From Camelus ferus (Eukaryota): a DNA stretch of 64,000 bases. The stretch covers positions 59,336,001-59,400,000 of the forward strand of contig NC_045696.1 in the NCBI RefSeq assembly GCF_009834535.1, written 5' to 3'. Below the pieces are notes generated by a model. It ran no database searches and was not told where the DNA came from. It saw only the letters and a program-made list of their open reading frames with translations. Position numbers and translations under genes: made by a program. Position 1 is the stretch's first letter, and every line of letters begins with the position of its first letter. Below are positions 1-14,211 of the stretch, piece after piece.

Positions 1-1218
1 CCAGCAGTATCTGTCATACTCTGTGCTCAGCTTGAGTTAAGGATTAAGAAGTATAGTCATGTTTCTTGTGCCACTTGGGGACCTTTGTGCTCTGAATGAT
101 GCCGAAAAATGTAAAGCCAAACCCTAGTGGAAAGAATTCAGAAGTGTTAAGGGCATGTTCCTTGAAAACACCCTTTGTAACCTAAAAACTATAAAAATTT
201 GAGATAGCCTACAATCAAAATGTAATATTTGTTCAAAGATATTAAAAAATAAAATTCTGTAGTAGAAAGAATGCCCTCATTGGAGATTTATTCACAAATT
301 TAATCACACTACAAATTACTTTTATAAATGAATATCACATAACAACTAATGCATCTGATGGAGTCATATGGCTCCACTGGGCAAGTGGGGTCTGTCCAAG
401 TGTTTCTGGCAGAAATGGGATGCAGCTTGTAGAACAGGGATCATATTAAGGTTTAAGAATCCTCACAGACCTTGGGAACATGGACATCACTTCCCCAGGA
501 GGGCTGGAAGGCTGTCCCTGCTCTAATATACCTGCCCTCGTTACCTAGGAGCAGGGTTGGAGGGCATAGAAGTCAGATACAAGGGCACCAAAGACAGCCT
601 TTCCTGCAGGCTGCTTGCTCCCTGCCTTTGAGGAACCAGATGGACTCCAGATCCTCTCTTTGGGACAAGAGGCCCCATAAGGAGGGACATTTACTCTCCT
701 TGCCCTGTCTGGCCCCTCCATAGTTTCCACCTGAGGAGAGGAGGTCCAGTTCCTGAACCAGTGTCTCCCACAGGTTCAGGATCCATGTCCCCCTCCCTCT
801 TTCTATGTCCTGTGTCTATGCCTTGACCTCATTGTAGACGTTTTCCTTACCAGTCCATTACGTACCACAGGTTGCTAGCTCTTGGAAGTCCCTCAAAGAA
901 GATAACCCAAAGAAGGTGTGCCCAGCAGGCTGAAAGTGTGTGTGGGGTGATACTTTTGGTCATGGGCAGATGAATACAGCTGGGTTTCGGGGTGGTGGTT
1001 TCAAGAGGGGTGAAACTGAGTTGAAAGTGTACATACTTGTAGGTTCGTTCCCTTCAATCACCTCCATGCTATTTCATCCTTAAGCGCTACCAGTTAAAGC
1101 TATTGATTTGCATGACTAGGCTCCCTTAAAAACCAAAGAAAAATCTAAAGCTTAATAAAGTTTGGAAGTGTTAAGCACCATGGCCAGGCTTACTTTGCTG
1201 ATGGACTTGCCTTTTAGG

Positions 1219-1420
1219 CAGTATGCCGAATAGTTCAGTGTGAACAATAAATGATTCAGCTCTGCCACTCACTACTGCATAATGTTGGGCATGTCACTTA
1301 ACCTCTCTAGGCCTCAGTTTCATCACTTATAAGATGCTGACAATATCAATATTTACCTCATTGGGTTACTGTATGAAGTGATGCTATGTATGTGAAAGCT
1401 CAATAAATGTTAGCTATTAA
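1219..1420 (+). mobile_element. MIR SINE (ancient)
   Basis: MIR core 'ctctgccactcactac...ttgggcatgtcacttaacctctctaggcctcagtttcatcacttataa' and 3' end 'ctcaataaatgttagctatt'. Confidence 0.85.
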
Positions 1421-2201
1421 TTCTTAACCCATATGGCCTAAAATTTAACTTTGGGATGAGAAGAGGATGGTAGAGTGGTCAAGGAGGGATCTGGGGCCTA
1501 ACAGCTGAGGTAGGCAGGTTTTGAAGGGGTTGGGGAGACAGAATGTGCTGTGAGGGCTGAGTACTAGGCTCTGAGGGAGGGCAGTGGACAGCTGGGTATC
1601 AGGAAGGGAATCGAAGACCAGCCTCCATTTGCCTTGAAGTTTGGCCTGAGGCCCTGGGGGAAAACTTCAGCCCCAGGATGCCCTGTGCACCTTGTGTCTG
1701 GGATGTGTTTCCTGCAGGCGTGGAGTCATCCTTCAGTTGCTCCTTTTAAGACCCTGTCTCCTTACCTTGAGGCTACCTGCCAGGCGGCTAAGCTGGGCTG
1801 CCTCTGAGGGCCAGTTTCCCTGCTGTGTCCTGCTGGCTCAGCTGACTAGCTCAAGGTGCTTCCTGCCTCGCTGGAGCTCCTTCTCTATTAAGTAGATTAG
1901 GGGCTTGGATGTCCCAGCCCAGAATAATGGACACACTAATTGGCAGGCATTAGAAAGCTTCAGCATTGATAAATCTTCAGGCCCTGGGCAGTGTCTGCTG
2001 AAATCCAATCTTATCGACGACTTCTGGAGAGAAGGACCTGTGGGCAATGGTGAATGCCTATCTGAAGGAGAGAGGAAGGGACTGAGGCGGTGGGGTCCTC
2101 AGAGGTGTAGGAGGGGTAGAGTGGGCCTGGGCAGAAGCATTCAAAGGAGGAGGCAGGCAGAGGAAGGGTTTCCCATCTGTGAATAGAAAGGTGGTTATGG
2201 T

Positions 2202-2341
2202 GGGAGGGTATAGCTCAGTGGTAGAGTACATGCTTAGCATGCATGGGGTCCTGGGTTCTATCTCCAGTACCTCCATTAAAAAAATTATAAATAAACCCAA
2301 TTACCTCTATCCCCAAACAAACATAATTTAAAAGAAAAAAA
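2202..2341 (+). mobile_element. tRNA-Ala(AGC)-derived SINE (camelid vic-1 type)
   Basis: GGGAGGGTATAGCTCAGTGGTAGAG (A box), CTTAGCAT anticodon loop, degenerate B box GGTTCTATCTC, A-rich tail; flanked by a 17-bp TSD with 3 mismatches, AGAAAGGTGGTTATGGT (2185-2201) / AGAAAGATGGCTATAGT (2342-2358). Confidence 0.9.
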
Positions 2342-2640
2342 AGAAAGATGGCTATAGTCATCTCTTCTCCTTTAGCACCTCACACAGAAGGATGAGGGAC
2401 GAGGCCTGAGACAGCAGATTGGGGGAGAGGAGTGTAGCTTCAGTGTACACTGTGGCTACCATGGGCATTTGGGCATGTCCTAGCCGTTTCATCAGAGAGG
2501 CAAGCAGCCCAGTGGTCTTTGTTTGTATGATGGGTTTGAATGGGAGGAAGAAGAAGATGGATTCTGGAGAGGCCACATGTTCTTTTCCCCATATGTTTGT
2601 CTTTAGCCAACCCTGTGAACTCATGTATGAGCAAATATTT

Positions 2641-2845
2641 TTAACATTTTTTTCAGTTGAAGTATTGTCAGTTTATAATGTGTCAGTTTCTGGTGTACAG
2701 CATAATAGTTCAGTCATTCATATACATACAGATATTTGTTTTCATGTTCTTTTCCATTATAGGTTACTACAAGATATTGAATATAGTTCCCTGTGCTATA
2801 CAAAAGAAACTTGTTGTTTATGTTTTATTTATAGTAGTATCTGCA
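2641..2845 (-). mobile_element. L1 3'-end fragment
   Basis: T-tract then 'ttgaagta...gtttctggtgtacagcata...tacaagatattgaatatagttccctgtgctataca', typical of a laurasiatherian L1 3' UTR in reverse. Confidence 0.8.
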
Positions 2846-2869
2846 AATCTTGAACTCCCTATCAAATAT

Positions 2870-3310
2870 CTGCAAGGATACTGTTATGAGAGTGAACAAG
2901 GCAGGCAGTCTTTGTCTTCATGGAAATTACATTGAAGGGAAAGGGTTATTTATTTGGAAAATGCCATGGGAGTGGAGAAGAGGAGAGAAGAATTCCAGCT
3001 GTGGACTTGGTCTTGAAAGGCCTTGAAGGATGGTTAGAAGCTGGACTTGTAGAGATGGAGGAGGGCAAGAGAGGAAAGTTGCAGAGTGGGAAGGTTCAGA
3101 GTTTGAGAGATAGTCTTCACGTGGAGGCAGGTATATGTGCTCATTACAAATGTGTGTACAGGGGCGGGGGTTGGGACAATGAGAGAAAGCTGGAAAGGCT
3201 GGCTGAGTGGGTTTTATGTTCCACATACTGGAGATTTAGGATTTTATTCAGTAGTTTATGGGCAGCTATTGGGAGATTTTGAGCAAGAAGAGTAACTCGA
3301 TCAATCCTTT
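2870..3310 (-). mobile_element. L2 LINE fragment (degenerate)
   Basis: L2-like antisense phrases such as 'ggagatttaggattttattc...gggcagctattgggagattttgagcaagaagagt'; boundaries approximate. Confidence 0.55.
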
Positions 3311-4329
3311 CCGTCCCTGGCTGAGGTCACTTAGTAGCACTGGTGTTAGGCAGGGCTTCAGGCCATGATTGCTTCAATATGTTCTCTTCCTGGCTTTCTC
3401 ACAGGGGAGCAGTCGTCGTTTTATTTTTACCCACATCTCTGTTTTGGGTGTGCGTCAGATTAGCAGCTCTTTGCCTCCAGTTGGAAGAGAGCTTCTGTTC
3501 AAAGTGCTGCGTGGGTGGAGTCCTTCCGCCACTGTCCAAGCCTTGCTGCCCCTCCTGAGTGTTGACCTTGGCTGGAGAGGGTGTGTCCCTTGATTTAATG
3601 CATTTGCTTCCCCTACTTTTTCAGCTCCTTCCCGGTGGTGCTTCCAAATGACCCAGGTTTCTGCAGGGAAGCTGAGCAGGGGCAGCCTGTGGGTTGGGTG
3701 TTAGCGAGGGGCAGCGACTAATAAGTGAATAGTCAGTGATCTGGGGAACTTAGATCTTTGCTTCAGCCAGATTTACTTCCATTTTATCATAAATACAAGC
3801 AGCTTCATAAATTTAAATTGGTTTCCAGAAACAGACCCTGGTTCCAGGAACAGTTCTCAGTGTGGAAGACAGGATTGTCAACAAAGATGAGTATGCATTT
3901 TTAAAGATAAGGTCTATTTACCAGGACATGGTCTACAAAGAAGCAAATTTGGTGGCTTAAAACTTCTCTTCTGTATCCAAATGAAGGAGGTAGTGCAGAT
4001 TTATCTTCCAGTGACAGTGATGGTTTTAAATACCCTTTGGTGCAGTTGGTGTAGTTGGCCCAGATACTATATTCATAAGGGGAAGGCTGTGGCTGAATTG
4101 TTTGTTGGACAGATAATTTCTCTCTGGTCATGGTTGGAGACCACATCTTCCATTCCAGCTGGTAGTCTCTCAGGAGTTTTTTCTTAGCCATGCAAGACCC
4201 AGCAAAAATAGTATAGACAGATAACGAAAATCTAGACCTTCTGCTGGAAAAAGAACCCAGAGAATATGGCCTGTTGATAATGGTTGTGTTGCAATTTAAG
4301 TGTTTGGGGATGTTGATTGTTTGCCAAAC

Positions 4330-4520
4330 TGTGTTCCTAGGTGCTAGGAACTGTCCTAGATGCTTATTTCATATCTCACAACAGTATTGTCCCTATTTTA
4401 CAGATGAAGAAACTGAGGCTCAAAGAAGTTATGTGACTTGACGAAGTCATTCAGCTTATATAATGATGAGTCAGGATTCTAACATGGATTTTCTTATTCT
4501 AAACCTCATGTTCTTTCCAC
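4330..4520 (-). mobile_element. MIR SINE
   Basis: 'ccctattttacagatgaagaaactgaggctcaaagaagttatgtgacttg' is the reverse MIR core. Confidence 0.85.
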
Positions 4521-7500
4521 CCCTCATCTGGAAACTGTGATGAGAATACCTATACCATAAATGCCTAGAGGCAGAGTTAGATGTTTGACTATTGAGTGAT
4601 GTCTTGGGGTCTCCTCTGGCCACCAAAGTATATTTGGCTATGACCTTCGGCCTTTTCTTGCTTTGAAGCAGAGCTACATCTCTCCCATTTGGTTAACATC
4701 TGCTCATTGCCAAGTGGACCCCTGGAGGCCTCTCTTACTCTATCTTCCAGCCCCTGGCCCCCTGCCGAATTTGGGAAGTGACAGATGGAAGATCAAGTGG
4801 CAGATGGAAGATCGTATTTCAGACATTGCAGGCTTCATTCTGATCTGCAGCAGCTCTGAGGGAGAGGAGGGGGCCCTGGCTGGTGTGTGGACAAGTGTGT
4901 TCTGTTGACCTGCTGCCCTGAGCTGTAGGTCTCTACTGGAAATTTCTTTTATGGAAAAGAAAAATAGTGGCGTTTTTCTCTTGAGCATTTGGAGGAAAGA
5001 GAATCAGAAAATTATTTGCTATTTAAATAACTAAAACATTTATTAAGAGTTATTTCTGGGGAAGGCAGAATTGGTGTCATGTGAAAGGTGCAAGGAAAGT
5101 GCTCCCTGCTCAAAAGCTCTTTGACCCTGGCAGTGCCTTGGCACCCAGAATGGTTCATTCATTCTTTGGGGCTAATATCAGTCAGCTAATCCTTTTATGA
5201 ATGTGAAAATAATGCACCCTGGTGTTAATTTAAGATTCCTTGGCTCCGGAAGAAGTAGAGGAACTTGAAGGCGGTGTGTCTGTGTGTGTCTGTGTGTGTG
5301 GAGTGGGGTGGGCGGTGTCTAGAGTGGATGGAATGACTCAGACATGGTGGGAGATATTCTGGGATGGCTTCTTAGAGGAGAAAAGTATTTAACATGATGT
5401 GGTGGCAAAGAGGATTGGTCTTTCAGGAGCTGTGGATTGGGGCATTCACTAGGTTACTGAACGTATTTTTAGTTTCTCAGATAATGGAATTAGCTCTAGT
5501 AATACAAGGTACAAAGCCATTATTAACTTATAAGCCTGTATAGTTACTTTTCAGAAGTCCTTTTTGCTTTGGCATAGTAAATCTTTCTCACAGTGCCAAG
5601 GGTTTAAGAATTTTAGAAATGACATTTAATTAATGCAAAAGGTAAAATCCCTTTGGATTTCAAGCTGCTTTGGGAATCTGCTCTTTCTCCCTCCTCCCCC
5701 CAGGCTCATTCTCTCTGGTCCCATCCAGGAAGCCCCCCAGAGGGCGATGGCAGGCCAGGAGGTAGGCAGAGGCAGAGGCAGAGGAGTGTGCCGTCCCTGA
5801 GGGTGACTGCTGTACTTTCTGAGCCGAAGAGGAGACACTTCCATCTGTACCAGGGGCCAGATTTTGGGAGGCTGAGTGGTGAGCGCTCAGCTGGGGTCAG
5901 TACATAGGGACCACAGATGGCAAATGGCTCTGGCTGCCACTTGATGGAGGCTGTTCTTGGGGCCAAAGGGGTGGGAGTGGCTTAGACCATGTTCCCTGTG
6001 ATGGAAACGGGGAATGCTTTTCTTGGTATCTAAGGAAGCTTTAGCTGAGCGAAGATTCTACCATCTCTGTGGGAGAGAGAATCTTGAGGAGATTGTGAAG
6101 ACGTGTATAAATGTGAACAGTTTAAAAGTGCGACGTACACCTACACACAGTAACCCCCTGCCCCTGACATAGGTCCTAGATACTACTAAGTGTTCCTTAC
6201 CTCTCTATATGGAAGTAATGGAAGCAATCACTTAGGTAGCATGTAAACACGTTAGGCAGTGAGACCGAAATAGACATTGAACTCTGATAAAAGTAAACAA
6301 ACTTCATTTTTCATATTTGTATAATGATGATGTCTTTATTTCAGTATTTATTATATACCGAATTTGTCCTAGACATAGCAAATATGTCTTCTTATTTAAT
6401 TGTCACAACAACACTGGGAGGTAGCTGTAATTCTTCACAGTTTATGAAGCACTTCCATCATCTCACTTGATTCTCCCAGTAATATATATTTCCCCACTAT
6501 ACAAGTGGGAAACAGCCAGAAGTAGTGATGTTGGAACTTGAACCTGGAGCTGTTTATTGCAACTGCAGTCTCCTTTTTACCATACCATAATGCCCGGTGC
6601 ACCCCCACCCCTATTCTATAGAGGTTTCTCAGGATTCTGTGTCTGGGAGAGGTATCCGAGCAGCGTGAGCTTTAAGAATGTATGTAGGGTTGAGAGATTC
6701 CAGGTAAGAGGGAGCAGGGAGTGGAGACCAACTGGCAGGGCCCTGGGCCATGTGTCAGCGACACTGTAAATCATGGCACCGGCTCCCCACTAGGAGGGTG
6801 CTGGAAAGGAAAATCTCGCACTTTAGAGAAGAAGCATCTGCACATCTGTGAGCGGGCTGATGATATGAAGAGTCACTGATGAATGGGCAGAAGTTTTCAG
6901 ACCCAAGAAGATATTAAAATAAATATTTAATTGGAACAAACTATGCTGTGAATCATTAAAACAAACATAAATCTCATGAATAAGGTTTCTCTTATTTCTC
7001 TGAATCTCAATGAAATATTTATTGAGGAAAATGAAGTCAGCTCCCTGCTTGGTGTGACTAAATGCCATTGCTGGCTTCGAGAGCAGCTTCAGGATCCATG
7101 CTGGATCACAAGGATGGGGAAGGAGGCAGGAATGCTTCCAGGCTGACACAGCATGAGAAGGGATCAGACTGCCCAGATCTGAGAACGCTGAAGCAGGTCT
7201 AGCCTTGTGTCTGGGAAAGAAAAGGGAATTTAATTTTTGGTCATTTAATGTTGATTTTGAAGTTTCTGGGGGTACTTTCTAATTTGGGGAATGGGGAGGA
7301 TGAGCTTCCAAGTAAGTGCAGTGAATTTTCAGATGGCAAATCCTGAGATATCCTGTGAGGATGTCTAGAACTTAGAACTCTCTGATTCAGGTTAATGCCC
7401 TCGCAGGTGACACAGACGTACTATGCCATTCCGAGGCTGGATGTGCTCTGCCGTGCTAATGGTGTGCTTATTAGTGGTATAGATGGGAGAGCCTCATCAG

Positions 7501-8499
7501 TTCACCTGATCTCACCTAGGGTAGTCAAGGATGTTGGTCCATCTCCCCACAGAGGTCAGCTCCAACCACTGACTTCATTAGCAGAGGCCTCCCCCAAGGG
7601 TTATTAGAGCAGGGCTGGATATTCCAGAAGATGAATTTCAAGAGGCAGAACCAAAAGACCAAAAGGGTGGGTACATACCAAGGGTCTCTGGCCTCCCTGG
7701 ACTGATTTTGGCTGCAGCTGTACCTCTGACAGGGTAGGTGGCCCTGACTCCTGGGTTCATGGTCTTTGGCAAGTAGACCTTGTGTGGGTCACAAGATAGA
7801 TGTTTCCATGGGTGGTCTTGTCCAAAGTCAGGCTTGCTGCTCCAATTTCATTCTGGTTTTCTTCTTGCAATGCACAGGTGGCTTATGTCAGTCCTCATGA
7901 ATGAAGGATGACTTTATTCCTCTCTCACAAACAGTGCTCTGGTTTGGGAGACAGCTTAGCCAGCATGTTGGGGGATTGTAGGTCACTTAGGACTGATTAT
8001 ATTGTTTTCCTTGGCCATAGACTTCCCATTTTCTAAATCTAGGGTGTGATTAACAGGATTGGCATGGAAGAGGAACCCCTATTTCAAGTGGAATTGCTGA
8101 ATTCAACTAAATGTATATCCAGAATGAGCCACGTACCCAGCCCTGGGTTGGATACTCTAGAAGATACAGAAATGTTAACTGAGAAATTCTTGTCTTTGGA
8201 GAAACTTACAAGCTAGATAGGAAAATTAAACATATTTATTTATTTCACATGACTAGCTAACTGTTCATTCAACGTATATTACTTAGCACCTTCTCTTACC
8301 AGACCATAAAAGAAATCAGAAATGCTTTTACCCTCATGCTGCTTAAAAAGGCATGTTCATAATTTCATAATTATGCTGTAAAGTGGAGAGTGATACGAGT
8401 TTCAGGAAAATGCTCTCTGTGAAAGACTGTATTTGATGCAGGGGGTATAAACTATTCAGATCAGAGGATGCTATTCAGATCAGAGGATGGAGCCACCAG

Positions 8500-8643
8500 A
8501 TAGAGGTTTTGACTGTTTACCTTGTTATACCCCTAGAACAGCCTAGCACAGTGCCTGGTACATGTAGATGCTACATACATACATACATACATACATACAT
8601 ACATACATACATACATACATAAATGTTGACTGACTGAATGAAT
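8500..8643 (+). mobile_element. L2 3' end interrupted by a microsatellite
   Basis: 'gcctagcacagtgcctggtacatgtagatgct...taaatgttgactgactgaatgaat'. Confidence 0.7.
8572..8619. repeat. (TACA)12 perfect tetranucleotide microsatellite
   Basis: 12 uninterrupted TACA units read directly. Confidence 0.98.
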
Positions 8644-11600
8644 TTTTTCTAGGCTAGAGAGATCAGAGAAAGCTGTATAGAAGAAGTCCAGCTTCAGTTA
8701 AATACTTATAACATGATAGAGCTTGGGTAGCATGGGGGAGGGCATTTCAGGTTTTTCAGGGGAAATCACTGCCACCTCCACAGCACTCTGATATTGATTC
8801 CTTTCGTGTTTATAAAATATTGTCAATGTCACTCATGAGCACTCAGCTGTTTCTTACTATCTTTATCGGACCATTAGGAAAGTGTTGACTCTGGGGCCTG
8901 TGGTACCCGGTTGTACGATAAAGTGTGAGAAAGTGATTTATTTCTACTTGAAGCATTTTTATAGTTTGGGGATGCCTTTGGAGCCCTGTTGAAAGAGGCT
9001 GTGGATTGGAATTCTCCATAAGGCCAATAATTATTGAATTTGCTTTGTTGTAAAACAAAGGATCTGCTTATTGGTGTCAGCTGTTGCAGATGCAGAGCGA
9101 GTTCTATCACTCTGAGCTCTCCTATCACAGACAGACCTGTTAGCAGACACTCAGGGAAGAAAACAGGACACTGTCAATGCACTGCTGCAGGGAATATGGA
9201 CAGTTAGTGGCTTCAGATGTCACATAGCATCCTTCTCTCTCTGGTCTCCCAGTACAATCAGACATTTTAGTTATGACTTTAGAAAAGAGTCCCAGTGAAA
9301 GAATTCTGGGCTATTAGCTTTCCAAATGGTGAGATGAGTGGTGCCAAGGATTTGGCTGCAGTGGTTGTGATGGTAGTTCTGCAGGTGGTTGTGCTGAAGA
9401 GGAGGAAAAGTTCCTGGGTGTCATGGGGATGATTCGTTTCCTGGGCAGTGGGGCTGGGTATACCAACCAGCATGGCCTGCAGGGTGGGAGGACTCTTGGC
9501 TCCATCTGCTGCCACCATTGTGTCCTTCAGCAGGCTCTGAGGGTTGGATCTGCTCCTCTCTCTCCTGTCTGGGAGTGCATGAGGCTAGGCTACAGGATCC
9601 TTCTCAGGAGGCATCTTTATAACGATGTGCGTGACTTCTGAATGTACATGTTACACCTGAGGAGAGGGTCTGTGTTAGCATTGTAGGGACAAGTGGGGCA
9701 TTCAGTGACATTTCAGCCAAATCTGTGCTCAGGCTGTTGAGGGGTGAACAACCCTAGTTCAGACTCTGGAATATAAGGAAGAGACATGGTCTCTACCTCA
9801 CCCCCAACAGAAACAGTCTGCTTTACAGTTTCCAAAAAGCTTTCACATCTTATTTGTGAAATCCATATCACCCTTTTCCAGATGAGGACACTGAAGCTCA
9901 GACAAGTGAAGAGATTTGCCTAAGGTCACCTAGCCAGCAAGGAGAAGCCAAGGACCTTGAATCTAGGACCTCAGATGGCATGCCTCTTGCTTTGTTTTGT
10001 TATATCATGTTGTCAGTTCCAAATCACGAGGATAGAAAATTTGCATGACCTGACTAAAAATGCTGATATTGTGAAGAGGGAGGCAACAAGGTTAGAGATG
10101 GTGTGGTGAGTAAGCAGGAGTTCCAGGAGCAGGTGACCTTGAGCTGTCAGGCAAAGGACAGGAAGATATGGTTACGGTGGGCAGAGGGCTATGTGTGGCG
10201 TTCCTGGCAAGTTTGGCAGATATCGCTGTTTAGGTCCACTCTTCATTATTCCTGGACATGCCAGGGAGGCTGGGGGAGTCAAGGGCACTGAAGGCCTGAA
10301 TAATTGAGATCAGAGGAAATGCAAATGCTCTTTTTAACTTATAACATAATCCCCCTTTCCTAGAAATGCTTTCAACACACTGCCCACAAACAGCAAAATA
10401 CCTTGGAATGAATTTCTTCCAGTCCTTGTTCTCAATTCCCCTGTGAGCAGGAAAATACTTAAGAGGACAGAAGAGGAGATGTCAAGAATCTGGAGAACTC
10501 ACACTTAGGCCAGCAGCCTGGTTGATTAGGCCTGGGATGCACTGAGGAGGTGTTTCCGCTTTGAGCAACGGTGGCTCCATGAGTTGGAGGCCCCATCTCG
10601 ATTTGGACGAAAAGGGGTCGACTCTTGACCAGCTTGTACCACAAATGCCACAGCTCACCTCCTAACACTCCCTTCCTCCTCTAGGATGCCTTTTAGGGGC
10701 GTCTCTTCTGCCTTCATGGTTTACCTTGATGTTCACTATAGAAATGTCGAATAAAAGAGGATCATGGTTTTGGGAATTCCTGGCCAAGAATAAGGAGAGA
10801 CTTCTTTGCTTTTGCCCGACCTCAAATTAATGATTCTGTTCTCTTTTTCATATGTCACAAGTGAAAATTTCTGAACTTGAAAAGACAGACATCAGAAGGA
10901 TTTTTCAGCTAGTTCTCTTTACTTTTTACTCAAAAATTATGCTTAAAAGTAATCCAGTGTTACCCAAACTATTTTCTTAACCACTAATAGTGAGGTTTCT
11001 CTCCTTCAGTGTTTGAACTCTTTCAAAAATCTGAGCAAATATTTGAGAGCACTTTTCTGCTCCCCACCACTGCTCCATCTTAGGAGAGGTGGACAACAGA
11101 AGTTTTCAGTCTCAGGACATCACCTGCTCACTCCTCTCCTTTGAGGTGATTTATTTCCCTATTTTAAACTCAAGGCAGTGGACAGAGATGACATCCAGTC
11201 ACAGCTCTCCCTTTCTCATTCTAGGACACAACACAAAGCTGCATCTTGCAAGAAGTTCTCATGGTGTGACACAGAATGTAAAGGCTATTCCCTTACTGTA
11301 ACTTAGGTAGATTTTCTTGTGGAGATGGGTTGGCCCAAGCCCCGTTGTACCATGCTCCCCAAGTGATAGTTTCATCAAGTCCATATGTTCACAGATGAAG
11401 GAAGTGTGGTCATATGGCAAATAGCCAAGAAAGCTACTGACCCTTTCCACACGGTTGTCCAAGAGTGCCTGGCACATTCCACCCCTCTATTATTCCCATC
11501 AATTGTGAACAGATGGGCACGATACTCTTTAAGTCATAGTAAAGTGACTTATATTTGGCCATTATCCAAGTGAAATAAAAGAAGGTACTGTTGTCTGTCT

Positions 11601-14211
11601 GGCTCAGCTACAACGTAAGACTCATAAAATAATGACCCTGGTTCAATAATGACAGGCATCCAAGATTGCCAGGATAGGCACTTTTGTGGCGGCACTCAGA
11701 GACCACCATTCACGAATTTCAAATTGGTTACAGATTTGTGGGCTAGACTTGCCTTGTTGTTGGTGTCCTTTAATTTCTAACTCTGTAGCCTCTCCATATT
11801 GCATCAACTTATTAAATATCTGATAAGATTTTCCCATTTCAGTTTGATCTAGGTTGAGGTTATCTACCAATTCAGGAAGGTATCAGTTTACTTTAAATAG
11901 ATGGTTCTAAGAATAATACATACGGACCCTAAAGGTTCCCTGACACACTTTTACACGCTGATTTTTCTGATTCCTTCCTGCTTTAGTAAGGTTTCTGGGT
12001 CCTGTACGCCAGTACTCACTGTAGCAACTAGACTAATTTGCTCTTTCACATCATCGCCTTCGCGGTCTAACTGCAAACTCTCCTCTTCCAGGAAGTCTAC
12101 TTTGCTTGACTCTATCCCCTTTTGACCACAGAGTTGTAGATTAGTAGACTCTTAGTTATGGATGACACCTTAGAGTCCATTGAGTCTAAGTTCCACTTGA
12201 GGCAGAAATTGCCTCTGGACGATCACTGAGTATTGATCCATCAGTGACAAGGCACTCACGACTCCACACTACAACTCACTGCAGTGTCGGGCAGATCTGT
12301 TAGCAAATCAATTTATGTAACTGAAATCTGCCTTTGTCTAATTTAGGCAAAATGATCTTAGATCAACCCTCTAGAGTCATACGGAGCTATATAATTTCAT
12401 TTTTACTTGAAATCCTTCGGATAATTGAGGACAACAGTGATTATTGCCAGTCTATTTGGCAATGCTTTAGACTGGTTGATCCTTGTGGCTCCTTAATGTT
12501 ACTTTTTTTCTTATGCTTCATTTACTTTATTACCCTTATTCCACAATCTTACAGGCTAAACCTCTCCATAATTTTGTGTCCCTTCAGGATTTATGCCTTT
12601 AAGGTGTACAATATGTTTTAGATTACTCAATTGTTTCTTTCATTCCTGTGTTCCCTCAAATTACTGGTTATTCAGTACCTTTGTGCAGGTCTGTGGTAAG
12701 TGCTAGGAAGACAGCAATGAGTAAGGCCAACTCTCTGCCCTCAAGAAGCACTTATGGATGTGTGTGCTCTGACTTTTCTCAAGTTGTTCATTGCACCTGT
12801 AGTCAGACTTATCAGTGGAATCAGACCAATGATCAGAGGAAGTTGGAAGGCTGGAATGTTAAGACAGATGCTACCAACTAATGCTATGTTTGTGTAACTG
12901 ATGGCAGCTTCCCCACCCTCTCTCCATTTGTCACTTTCTGTACATTAAGGGATGTTTGTCCCTGAAAAAGAAGTGTTTCCTACAGAGATTATTTAGATAA
13001 CAAACACTGACCAGGACAGAAGCCTGAGGTGAAACAAACTTTGGGACTGAGAATGGAAGTCCTGATTCTCATACCCTCTTTGCTGATTGGCCATTCAAAA
13101 ATGGTAGTTTTACTTTTGCCTCCTTCAGAATGGAGATGTTCCCTCTGAGTTGACAGTACAGGGAAGCAGGAAAATCAAATGAAAATTTAAACCAAATGAC
13201 AAGAAGTAGATGGTCCCTCAAAGAAGTGAGCTTGATGGAGGGGAGCATAGTGATCTAAGAACCATGTCTTTGTGTGGGTGGCTCTGGTATGGTGGAAGGT
13301 GTTCCCACATACCCCATTCAGATGCAGTTTCTGCCCTCTTCAACTGGTCCTGAAAGGCTCCAGGATCTAGAGTTACCTTGTGGATCTGACCCACCTGTGC
13401 CTGTTCCCTGTCCCCTCCCCAGCTCCCCAGTGCTAGCTGCCTTGTCAACTTGGTTACACCTCTGCACAGGGACAGAAGCAGCTTTCCAGTCCAGAAAAGC
13501 CATGGAGTTGTTCTTAGTGATTTGCATTTGTCATCTAGAGAGCCAGGTCAGAAACTATGTAAATTGAGAAATTGAGGGCTGTAGAATGCTGATAAGCAAG
13601 ATTGTATACAGCTTCGTCCACCTGCTTATATGAGGATGTTTCTAAAAAAGTTCCTAAAATTCTCAGTCACTGTATTCAGGCAGCTTTTGTCTGAGTGAAG
13701 AAGTCAAGCTATAGTAGCTGAATTATATCTCAGCATCATTGTGGTGTGGAAAGCTTGTCCTGCCTATTAACAGACCCTAAAGGTCTCCTGTTTCTTCCTA
13801 CTCTTGTCCTTTGCTCTGTAGAGGGTGGAGGACTTCCCACCATTGCTTCACTGCTCTGCCTTAAGTTTTCCATGCTTTAAGGGCCAGCTCAAGACCCTTC
13901 CACTCTTTGTTTGCACTTGCCATTTCACAGTGACTCCTCCTTAGACTTAATCCTGCATTTGGTGATCACCATAGATATGTTCTTTAAGGTTGGTATGTTC
14001 TGTAGGGTCAGGGAATATGTCTTGTCTTGGGCACATTTTCCCTGGTGGTGAAATGTGGGCAATGGCACCGAGAGAGTAGCTGGGGAGAAGGAAAGTGGTG
14101 ATGGGCAGAGACCAGGGGAGGAAGGGATGAGGTGGAATTAGAGCTTGTTCTAAGAGAGGAATACAGATTGCAGTCATCACCTTCTATTATCCGTTTACTC
14201 TATCACCCACT

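Noticed and set aside
2202..2276. Apparent tRNA-Ala(AGC) gene
   Set aside because: B box and stems are mutated, and it has an A-rich tail and TSD with no Pol III T-run terminator. It is a SINE copy; the same reasoning applies to 60856-60941.
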